64,000 bases of DNA from Felis catus. Its lineage: Eukaryota. Positions 48,264-60,400 of this stretch are shown in pieces (position 1 is the stretch's first letter; every line of letters starts with the position of its first letter). The position numbers and the translations under genes were made by a program. A model generated the notes under the pieces. That model worked only from the letters and a program-made list of their open reading frames with translations, did not search any database and was not told where the DNA came from. The DNA is taken from contig NC_058368.1 of assembly GCF_018350175.1 (NCBI RefSeq), positions 139,378,001-139,442,000 of the forward strand, in the 5' to 3' direction.

Positions 48264-51200
48264 ACATCTTCTTTATCCATTCATTCATCGATGGACATTT
48301 GGGCCTTTCCATACTTTGGCTATTGTTGCTAGTGCTGCTATAAACATAGGGGTGCATGTGTCCCTTCGAAACAGCACACCTGTATCCCTTGGATAAATGC
48401 CTAGTAGTGCTATTGCTGGGTCCTACAGTAGTTCTCTTTTTAGTTTTTTGAGGAACCTCCATACTGTTTTCCAGAGTGGCTGCACCAGCTTGCATTACCA
48501 CCAAGAATGCAAAAGAGCTCCTCTTTCTCCACATCCTCGCAAACATCTGTTGTCGCCTGAGTTGTTAATGTTAGCCATTCTGACAGGTGAGGTGGTATCT
48601 CATTGTGGTTTTGATTTGTATTTCCCTGATGATGAGTGATATTGAGCATTAGATTCAACAAAAACCGACCATCAACAAGGCATATCATAGTCAAATTCAC
48701 AAAATACTCAGGCAAGGAGAGAATCATGAAAGCAGCAAGGTAAAAAAAAGTCCCTAACATACAAGGGAAGACAGATCAGGTTTGCAGCAGAGTTTTTCTT
48801 TGTTAAAGTTGGTTTTCTTTTTAGGGGCACCTGGGTGACTCAGTCGGTTGAGCATCCAACTTTGGCTCAGGTCATGATCTCAGAGTCTGTGGGTTCAAGC
48901 CCTGCATGGGGCTCTGTGCTGACAGCTCGGAGCCTGGAGTCTGCTTCCGACTCTGTGTCTCTCTCTCTCTCTCTCTGCCCCTCCCCTGCTCATGCTCTGT
49001 CTCTCTCTGTCTCAAAAATAAATAAAAACATTTAAAAAAAAAAAGAAAAAGAAAATCAGAGACTCAAGCCTATACTACACATGTGTGTAAGAACTAAATT
49101 TATATAATTTGTGTGGTTCAGGAACTCAAACTGAGAAATGAGCATAAAAACTTGTGTGAAGCTGATAAACTTCTAAGGGCCCCAGAAGAGGCAAATGTTA
49201 AACACGAAGCCTAGGCACACCAAAATTCCCATAGTAATCAGTCCTCAATAAAATGAAATCATAACAAAAAATTAAAAACCACATAAAGAATCATGTTATC
49301 ATGTGAGACTCAGGAAGAGACCTTAAAATTCCTTTTAGTTTTATTTTGTTCTTTCTTTAAAACAAAAATTCGAAAAGCAAAGAATTTCTAGAAATAAAAA
49401 AGAGTCATTTATTTTTTTTTTATTTTTTTTTTAATTTAAAAAAAATTTTTTTTCAACATTTATTTATTTTTGGGACAGAGAGAGACAGAGCATGAACGGG
49501 GGAGGGGCAGAGAGAGAGGGAGACACAGAATGGGAAACAGGCTCCAGACTCTGAGCCATCAGCCCAGAGCCTGACGCGGGGCTCGAACTCACGGACCGCG
49601 AGATCGTGACCTGGCTGAAGTCGGACGCTTAACTGACTGTGCCACCCAGGCGCCCCAAAAAAGAGTCATTTAAATTAAAGTTTCAACATATGAGTTAAAG
49701 AGAGTAGAAATATGGGTTAAATAGAGGAGAAATATTTGAGGAGAGAAATAATGAAGCAGGAGAGAGGTCAAAGGATAGCACACAGAATATAGTTAAAGAG
49801 TTGGAAAGTTAAAGAGATGGAAAATATGAAAAAGATACTAGAAGATATTAAGACTAGTCTAACCAACATCTAAAGAAAAGTTCAAAAAAAAGAAAAAAGA
49901 AAAAAGAAAATTACTGAGATGGAGGCAATTTTCAAAGGTATAAAGACTGAAAGTTTCTGGAATACAAATGAGAAATGTGCCTTCACATTAAAGGAGTATT
50001 TCTAGGCCTTAGTTTAATTAATAAAATGCTCCACATTTAGACACAACTTAGTGAAACTGGAGAACATAAAAGCTACAAGATTATCTATAAGGGAGTGACA
50101 ATTAGATTGACAGGTGACTTTCTGTCCATTATTAACAGATACCAGGAACCAACGTAAATCATTTTCAAAGTGCTAAGGCAAATGCAATTTAGTTTTAATA
50201 CAACTTAAAATATTTATGCTATAAATTAGTTGATTAACAATAGTTGAAGTTCAAAGAATAATACTGTCTTCTCTACAATGACTAACAGAAAGCATATAAG
50301 AGAAGTCTAACTTTTCTTCAAAATAGTATTTCATTGAGGATGCTACTTCACTTAAGAAGTTAGCTTCTAGTAAGCTTTGCATTCTTATCATGTTACACGA
50401 ATCTTATCAATTAACATATTTTTTATTGAGCAACTACTATGTTATTTTTGTAAAAATATATTTTTATATGAGGAGTTTCAAATACAGCAAACACTACCAC
50501 TATAAACCATGCGATATCCAGATTGGCTAACCCAGGTTGCTTTCCTCTTTTCTGTCTGGAGTCCAGGGTCCACTGGACCCACTATGAATCCTAGACATTT
50601 TTACCCACTATGAATCCTAGACATTTTTTGGGAGTGGATGGGTGAAGACACACTATGATAGTGGCAGGGTCCATGGGACTAGAAGTAGCTAAAGAACCCA
50701 ACCTAGGTGTAAACAACAGCAGCTAATCCATATTCTGTATTCAGTGCAGACAAGTGAGTTAACTACACAACATATTTTCTTGGCTCATTTTGTTCAATTA
50801 GCTATCTTATTTTCTTGTGACAAAAAATACTTTCAACCTGTGCATTCTTAAAATGGAAAGAGTACTGCCAACAGTTAATGACTGACTAGCCCAAAGAATG
50901 GCATTTTCTAAGCTGAAAATTTAAAGGATTTCAACTTCAACTCACCACAGGATGGCTTTCTCTTGTTTTTCCTCTGCGTGAAAGAAAAGGTGGATCAACA
51001 CTTTTGCAGTCGTCACTAAAACACTGTTTATGTCTTTTTGGTCGGGCAGCAGGAATTTTGACTTTAAAAATTAAAATTAGAAAATATAGTAAGAATGTAT
51101 AAAAATTTAGCTTCATTTTATCAATTTTAATGGTGACAGGAATGGAAAGAATAAATTAAGTCTACAATTACTAAAATATCTTAATTTGGGTCAGCATCTC

Positions 51201-54200
51201 ATTGTTTATTCTCAATTGCTTAATTACAGCTAACATTTACTGAATACTTATCACATGCTAGATGTCAAACTTCCTGAGCCATCTTATTTAATCTTCATAC
51301 AAGCCCTGTAAGACAGGTAGTTTATTCTATGCATTTTACAGAAGAGGAGAGTGAAGCTTAGAGGGATTCAGGAAGTTTTCTTAATGTCACATAGCTAGTA
51401 TTGAAATCGGATCTGACTCCAAAGTCCGTGCTCTTAAACCACTACGTCTATGATTCATTGTCTCTGATCCTTTCCCATTCTGGATTCCCTTTCTTCATAT
51501 AACTATTGTTCCCCTACGTCCCTCATCCCTTTACGGTACCTGACCAAGGAAATGTACACACAAGAAACAACAGACAAGTGGGAATTGATACAGCATTTCA
51601 TAACAGAGTGCCCAATAACTCCAAATACGGCTGTGGAGAGGGAGAGATACATGGCTAGGGCTCTAAGAAAGGCTCTGACCCTATATATTTACCATATGGT
51701 AGCAGGTAATGAAAAGAGGAAACCTTGTATCAGTCTTGACCTTGACCTACATGTGATCTAGCTCACTAGTAAAATATGAGACAATGATTATCCTTGGCTC
51801 TGACCAATCGTAACAGTAATATGATTCCTCTCTTGAAAATCAACAATTGTTAAGGATAGTATAGGCTGGGAGAAAAGTGACAGGGATTCTTTTCCCAATC
51901 TTTCTGCCTCACTGGAAGAAAGGGCAGATATGTTCCTGGGTTTCTTGTATGAGTCAAGCAGGACAGAAAAGGAAGAACAATTCATTCTCCTCAACATTTA
52001 ATAAATTGTGTTTAACTGTTTGTCTTCTGGTTGATCTCCACACAAGACTGGAACTTCCTCAAGCGCAAGTACATAGTTTGCATAGCAGGTGCTCAACAAA
52101 TGTATGATATCTAAATTAGTGTTCACTGAATGCCTAATTCTTGTAGATAATTCATTATATTATTTAAATGCAAACTATTTCTAAAAAATGGTTCATAAAA
52201 TTTTGCCTGGCTGTACATTCCCTTGAAATATTCTTTACACTATACTCACACATACACATATGTATACATGTATATTTCCTTAACAAATTCATATTCTGGC
52301 ATCAGAACATGAGATTCTTGAAAAGTTGGCATCAGTCCAACTTTCACATGTACCATTACAAATTTTGAAGTAATGGAATCTTACTTCCAAAGACTGAGTA
52401 TAATGTCAACCTTTTCCAGCCCCTCTACGAGTAAGCCAATCTGTGTGGATTCAATTACATCTCTATCTCAGACCCAATGTTAGAGATTAATAATGGTTTA
52501 ATGAATAATATGGGCTCCATTTCAACACATAATTCCAAACCAACAGGATCATATGGTATATAAATTAAACCAAATGTGGAAATGCTGATTTCTAAAAATA
52601 ATGCTTTTCAAGAGTTTAATAAACATATAAAACATCTACCCCAGTCATGAAACAATTTACACTATAAATATGAAGGTTTTATTTTTCTAAGCAGAGGCAT
52701 ACACTTGTATAAAAGAGCAGGCAATACTTCCACACATACCAGTGACTGTAGCATTACTTTCATCTCTATTATCAGTCTCAACAGCATCATAAGATTTCAG
52801 CAGCTCTTTCGTTTTTTCATCATCTGCTTCATCCAAAGCAGTATTCTGCTTTTGATTCTTTTGATTTGGGTTTGCTCCATGTTGTAGTAGAATCTCAGCT
52901 GCCTAGAAGATATTTTCCCAAGGTTATCTCCATAGACACCTTTCTGCTTTCATTTTAAGACACCACCATTAAAAGTTATCAAAGTATAAAAAGCTATCAA
53001 AAAAGTTGGCAAACTCTGGTCAAGAAAATTTTTGATTAAATTTGATATGACAACTGTAAACTGATCCACTGATTTGGCCTGATCTGTCCTCACAGGAGAA
53101 CCAAACATGATGACATGAAAGTACCAGATATGCAGCCTTCAGGGCAGTTAAGAAGCAAATATAGGTAAAATGAGGTGCAAGATTTACTCTGTCTCTTTAA
53201 CAGAGCTCTTTGTCTTCCTCCAACCTGCATTACTATATTTTAGGTATGTTACTTGTTTAAGAAATTTTATGAGCTAGCATGAGAATCCATAACCCTCCTA
53301 ATAATGTCTATGCACGTCTATTATGCGTCCTAACTTACATGTTAAAGGTAAAAGGCAACTTAGAATCTACTCCAACCCCATCATTTTAAGGAAGAGGAAA
53401 CTGAGGTCAAAGAGCTTGTGACATTGGGTGGAGGGTGATCTCTAATATAAATGAATTTGTAAGTTTACAAAGTCATTTATATTAGAATATAAAGTTGAAT
53501 AACTCAAAGTTGTTGCATATTAGAAATCAGTGAATGACCAAAGTTAAAGATGTTACTAATTAGTTTATAGTATAACTCAGTTAGTGAGCAATAGCCAATG
53601 AGTCCATCCGCGGGAGGAAAGTGATTCAAATCACTGAAAAACCTGATCAGGAAAAGATGGCCAGGATTTTGTTAAAAATAGAGACATACTATGTGTCAGT
53701 GGCTTTTCTCTTTCTCCTTATGTCCAGGTATGGAGAAGCAGAGATACTTAGGAGCAGATGGGCCAGTGAAGATGACAAGGACAGCCCCTCATTTGTTCCA
53801 TCAGCCCAGGGTTAGCATAGCATAAAAGAAAACACATTTGTTTTCAAGTCAAGCATATAGAACTCACTCCTGCTACTTACTAACTGTCCTTGAAGAAGTT
53901 TATTTACCATTTGAACCTCATTTTTATCACCTTTGAGAACTAAATGTGAGCCCTTGTCCAATATCTTATACTAGTGGGTCTTTAATGAAAGCAGTCCCGT
54001 CTGAGTAAAGGCATTTTGTTTTGTTTTTACAAGAAGGGGTGAGCAGTACCTCAATCCAGTAGTTTCTAAGCCTGAGTGATCAGTAAAGTCACCTGTGGAA
54101 TTATTTAAAAATACAGATTCCTTATACCCTCTTTCCACTACTATATGGGGGAGAGAGGAAGCTTGTTTTGTTTTGTTTTTTTTTAACAAAGGAAGCTTTT

Positions 54201-57200
54201 CTAGAGTTAAAAATTATGCCATATAAATAATGACTCTTCTGTGTGTTAGGATGAGGCCTTCCTCTCAGGCCTTGACCTTTAATGTATTAACAAGGATTCA
54301 TTTAATATATTAGTTCCGAGGAAACAGAGAACTCAGCTCATTGGAATGGGACCCTGAACAGCTATTTTTCAGTAATGCCCAAAAGAACAGCTACAGGGCC
54401 ACAAGGCACTAAACAGGAATGGCTAACAGAGAGCTCCAGGCAATAAGATAGGGTGGACCTGAGGAGCAAAGAGCTTGACAAAAATTAGGTGACCAAGAAG
54501 TAGGCCCCTTGCTTAACTTTTTTTTTTTTTAATCCGCTTTACTAGGGTAATCACGATGACAACCATGACTTAGAAACATTCCATCATCATAAAAAAATTT
54601 ATTATGGCTCTCTGCAGTCAATCTTTTCCCACCTCCCTTTGGCCCTTGGCACTCAGCAATCTGGTTCAATCACTATAAATTTTGCCTTTTGTAGTATTTC
54701 ATACGAATGGAATCATACAGTATACAGTCTTTTTTGTGTGTGGCTTAAGTTAGCATGATGTTTCTGAGATTCATCCATATTGCTGTATCGATGGTTTCAT
54801 CTGGCTACTTGCTAGCTGGTATGGGAACAGTGTTATAACAATGAATGGAAGTTACACCTATTCTGCCACGCAGACAGACGTGTTCAGGAACGCCTGTAAT
54901 GAAGATGTTTCTAAGAATGCTACTTGCTAGCTATGATGAGAAGAGTGTTACTTCAGGGAATGGAAATTACATATCATTTGCAATGTATGTGGTACTAAAG
55001 GACACTTGTAGTAAAGATGTTTTTAAGAAAAAATAGTTTGTTCCTTTTAATGATGTACCTGTGTATCCATCTATTTATCTATCAGTTGAGAGACATTTGG
55101 GTTCTTTCCAGTTTCTGGCTATTATGAATAAAGCCACTGTGAACATTTGAGAATATATCTTTATGTAAACAAAAGGTTCTTTTTTAAGATTTCTGTCTCT
55201 CTGCTGGACCTCTAGTTTTGTTCATGTATTACTTTCCCGATTTTACTGAGTTGTCTTGTAGACTGCTGGGCTTCTTTAAAACCATTATTTTAAGTTCTTT
55301 GCCAGACAATTCATAGATTTCCATTTCTTTGGGGTCAGTTACTGGAAAATTATTGTGTTCCCTTCTTGGAGCCATGTTTTCCTGATTTGTTAACGTTCCT
55401 TGAAGTCTTGCATTGCCATCTTCACATCTGAAGAGACAGTCACATCCTCTAATCTTCCCTAACCAGCTTTGAAAGAGACATCTTCACCAGTCAGTCCATC
55501 TCAGGATTCTGAGGCTTTCTTAGATTTTTTTCTATAGATGTATTTGCTGCACATTTCTTGTTTTCTCTTGGGGGGAGTTCTTAAAACTGTATGCCTTCTA
55601 TTGATTCCATGAAGCCAGGCCAATTGGCTTTTGTTTTTCCAAGGGGGATTCTCTAAAATGTCCCCTGAAATCCTACAGAATTGAACTTTCTGTGTTGGAT
55701 TACTAGCAAGTCTGCAAAGGCTTACTTTTGCTGCCCACGAGAGTGCACAGAGAGAGCTGGCCACAGAGTAGGGTAATAGAAGGGGTACGTGGGTGAGGTG
55801 TGCAGAGCATTAGGGAGATCCAAGGAGCTACGTGGGGAGTTCTACAGGTGAGGCATCTCCAACAACCTGTAGGTAGGCTTCCTGGAGTCCACAAACTGGT
55901 TAGTTGGAACAACTGTGGAGCAGTTAGCACCATCACAGAAGCTGGTGAGTTCTAAGCCTTTGCTGCTATGTCCCCAGCCTCTCCCAGACCTTCAATCTTG
56001 CAGATCACCTCATCAATTCAGGTGAGGCAAAAAAGAAGTGTGTCTCTTGGTGTGTATTTGTGTAAGAGAAGAATTTCCTAAGAGAAGAATTGCAATCGCC
56101 AGCTATGATAGTGGATTTCCCATTTCTTTTTTAAAAAATTTATATATGAGAGAGAAAGAGAGAGAGAGAGGGAGAGAGGGAGGGACTGAGAGAGGAGACA
56201 CAGAATCTGAAGCAGGTTCCATCTCTGAGCTGTCAGTTCAGAGCCCGATGCAGGGCTCGAACTCACGAACCGTGAGATCATGACCTGAGCCAAAGTTGGA
56301 TGCTCAACCAACTGAACCACCCAGGTGTCCCTATTTCCCATTTCAATTCTGCTTTTACTTCATTTATTTTGAAACTCATTACTGTGTGCACCCACTTTCA
56401 AAATTGCTATGCCTTCTTGGTCAAATATTCCCCTTATACTTATGCAATGTCCCTCTTTATCCCTGACAATATTCCTTGCTCTGAAATCTACTTTGTCTTA
56501 AGCTTCCAGAGTCACTCATTCTTTTGATTATTGTTTTCATGGTGTATCTTTTTTCCTCATTTCCTCTTCTTCATAGCCCCTGGGAATCACTAATCTACTC
56601 TCTGCCTGTATGGATTTGCTTATTGTGGACATTTCATATTAATAAAATAGTATGTGGCCTTTTGTATCCATCTTCTTTCATTTAGCATAATGTTTTCAGG
56701 TTGATCCATGTGGTAGCATGTATCAGTACTTCTTTTTTTATGGCTTAGTAATATCTTATTGATGTATACCACACTTTGTTTATACACTCATCCACTGATG
56801 GACATTTGGGTTGTTTCTACTTTTTGGTTATTTGGAAAATAGTGCTATGGACATTCATATACAAATTTCTGTGTGAACATATGTTTTCAGTTTCCTAGGC
56901 TATATACCTGGGAGTAATTTGCTACATTATGTGGCAACTTGGTTTAACTTTTTGAAGGAACTGCCAGACTTTTCTATAGCAGCATCACCATTTTACATTA
57001 CCACCCGCAATGTATGAGAGGCCCAATTTTTCCACATCTTTGCCAACATCACCTTTACTTTTGAAAGATTTTTTGCTAAGTACAGAATTCTAGGTTAACA
57101 AGTTCATTGCCTCTTGTAGTACTTTTTAAAGATGTTGCTCCTTCATCTAGTGGCTTGTAAAATTTCTGATGAGAGGTTGGCTACCATTCTATTTGTTCCT

Positions 57201-57430
57201 ATATACACGTTTTTTTTTCCCAAACTTTCTGTTTCTCCCTTTTTCACTGGTTCTCAGCAATCTTATTATGGTATATGTTGGCACAGTTTTCTTCATTTTT
57301 CCTTTACTGGCAAGCTGGTAAGATTTTTGGTTCTGTGGATTTACTGTTTTCATCACATTTGGATAGTTTGGTCTTTATTGTCCAAATATTTTTTTCTGAT
57401 CAGCCCCCTCCTTTAGGATTAAGCTTGCAT

Positions 57431-57481
<51 letters not shown>

Positions 57482-60400
57482 TACATATATCTGGGAGTAT
57501 ATGTCTATAGATATATAGGTATACATATATCTATATCTATATAGGTATATCTATATAGATATATATAGATATAGATATGTATAATATAACTTGATATTGC
57601 CCTACTGGTCACTGATGTTTTCTTATTTTGTCTTTGTTCTTTCAGTCTTTCTTCTCCCTTTATTCTGTATAATTTCTAATGTTTTATCTTCAAATCCAAC
57701 GCACTTACTTTTTAGTATTTATATGCTGTTAACCAAGCCATTTGGTGAATGTTTCATTTCACATGTTTTATTTTCATCTCTCATAGTCTGAGTCTTATTT
57801 ACACCTTCCATTTCTATTCTCATCCTGTTTCTGTTTTTCTCCACCATCTTAAACATAACAGAGTGTATTAGTTTCCTATTACTGCATAACAAATTACTAC
57901 AAATCTGATAGCTTACAATAATACAAATTTATAATCTCACACTTCTGTAGGTCAGAAATCAGAGCGTGGTATGGCTGCGTTGTCTGCTCAGATTCTTCAC
58001 CATGCTGAAATCAAAGTGTCAGCTAGACTGTGATAGTCACCTAAGGTTTAGGGTCCTTTTCCAAGCTCACTAGTTTTTTGGCATAATTCACTTCCTTGAA
58101 AGTTTATGACTAAGCTTCCTGTATTCTTCTTGGCTGTGGATTAGGGACTGCTCTCAGCTTCTAAAAGCTAGCTGCAGATCCTTGCCATATGGTTCGCTTT
58201 GATGCTTTCCTTCTTTTAAAGGATTTACCTCATTAGGTTGGGCCCACTCACACTCAAAGGGAGGGGATTATACACAATGTATATAGGTCAGTGAGTGAGA
58301 ATTTTCAGGACCATCTTAGAATTCTGCCTACCACGTACAGTATGTAATTATAATATTTGTTTAACATCCTTTTCTGCTAATTTTATTATCTATGTCATTT
58401 CTGGGTCTGTTTTGCATGATTATTTTTATGCCTGCTTATAGGTAATATTTTATACTCTTTTATTTAAACAATTTTTTTTGAACTGGTTGATAGACATTGT
58501 GATTTTTATATTGCTGAATGCTGAATTTTACTGTATTCCTTTAGATGTTGTTAGGCTTTGTTCTGGGATACATTTAGGTTATTGGAATCAGTAGGATCTT
58601 TTTGATACTTTCTTTAAAACATTAGAAAAAATTTACATTTATTTATTTTTGAAAGACAGAGAAGGACCAAGCACGGGCAGGAGAGGGGCAGAGAAAGCAC
58701 GAGACACATAATCTGAGGCAGGCTCCAGGCTCTGAGTTGTCAGCAGAGCCTGACCCAGGGCTCAAACCCATGAACTGTGAAATCATGACCTGAGCTGAAG
58801 TCAGACGCTTAACTGATGGAGCTACCCAGGTGCCCCATATTTTCTTTTAAATTTTAAGGTGAATCCAGAGAAAGGACTAATTTGACTCAACTATGCAAGA
58901 AATACCTATTTGATGTTTCCATGTTTTATGAGTTCCTACCATTCTGGCTGGTGCAAACATAAACTACTCAGCCCCCTGTAAGCTCCAGAGATGATTCTGA
59001 CAATCCTTCCTGCTACCTCTTTGCCTAACCTTACATGGTTTTCTTAAACATATTTGTAGATCAGCCAAGAATCAAGGTGGTTTCCTTCAAATTTCTGGAA
59101 AGTTCTCTGTGCAGATCCTTTCTCTCTGGTATTTTGCCCCATAAATTCTAGCTGTTGGAGACTTTTAAACTCCAAATTCTATCTTCTTAACTTGAGACCA
59201 TAGCGCTGTTTGTTTTCTCTCTTCCTGTGTTTCTGCCTGGAGACACCTAGTCCATATGGTAGGGCAACCATAGGATTTGCTTCCCTTCTCTAAAGGAGAA
59301 GAATGTCCTGTGCTGCATGTTGTACAATGTCTCAAAACTGCCACTTTATGTATTTTTTCACTTTGTAGTTGTTAAGAGGGGAGGGCATATCTTGTCCCTC
59401 CTAATTTTTCTGGTACGAAAATGCATGTCCATCCTCACCCACTTTGTATCTTTTTCTCTCACTCTCCTTTTCCTCTTCATTTTACAAGGTGAAATACAGG
59501 ACCATTTTGGAAAATAACTTAAAGCAGAAACGAAGATTTAAAAAGAATTTAAAAGTTGGAAAAAATAGGCTGTTGAGTAACTTTTCATGCAGTAATGCAA
59601 GAATAAAAAAATAAAATATAAGAATTAGCTTTATAGGATATAGAATTGATACTGATTAGGTCTCTAATACCATATATTTACCTCCCCTGCTGTCTTTTTA
59701 ATCTTTCTAATTTATCAATATTCTATCTCAAGATAAAGAAATAGGGACAAAGGGGAGGAAATTAGAAATAAAATGAGCCACTGATCAAAGAACTGCCACA
59801 CAGAGGGAAAATGAAGGAAGATGTGAGGAAAAATTCTGGCAATATACCAGAGTCAAAGAAATTAAAATATCTTTAAAAATACCACCTCCTTCTTTCAAAT
59901 AGAACATTTCTCTTTAAAATAAAGGCAGTACTGATGTGGAAGGTTAGTCTAAATGCAAACTTTGTCTATACTGCCTTAACATAAGGTCGAGCAATAGCAA
60001 ACTACGGCCCATGAGCTAAGTCCAGGCTGCTGCATATCCTTACAACAATGCTGTACGAAATCTTAGCTATGAGCACCACTGAATGCTGAGCTCTAGAAGT
60101 CCTTCTAATAAATTCTAAAATATAGGGGTGGTACTGGGGACCTCCTTATTTTGTTTTATATTCTATTTTTCAGGATAATGTCTAAAAACCTGATTTTCCT
60201 ACTATGAAATTTTGGCCCTTATTTAAGTGGTTTCACTTTAAGTGGCCTTTTCCTGTACATATAACCAGTAAGTTCATTGATCTAATGACTCTTCCTGCTT
60301 CCTTTCTTCCATTTCATGACTACATAACCTTGAGACTTTATCTTAGAGACCAAAGGGCTTCTTTGGTCAAAAGAAGCCACTCTGGACATTAGCCCACCCA

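Larger units (their letters stand above)
54525..59430 (-). mobile_element. Mosaic of ancient minus-strand L1 fragments with SINE, MLT and microsatellite insertions
   Basis: T-rich, with L1 3'-end text (GGAATCATACAGTAT, TTAGCATAATGTTTTCAGGTTGATCCATGTGGTAGCATG, GATGGACATTTGGGTTGTTTC); boundaries approximate. Confidence 0.6.
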
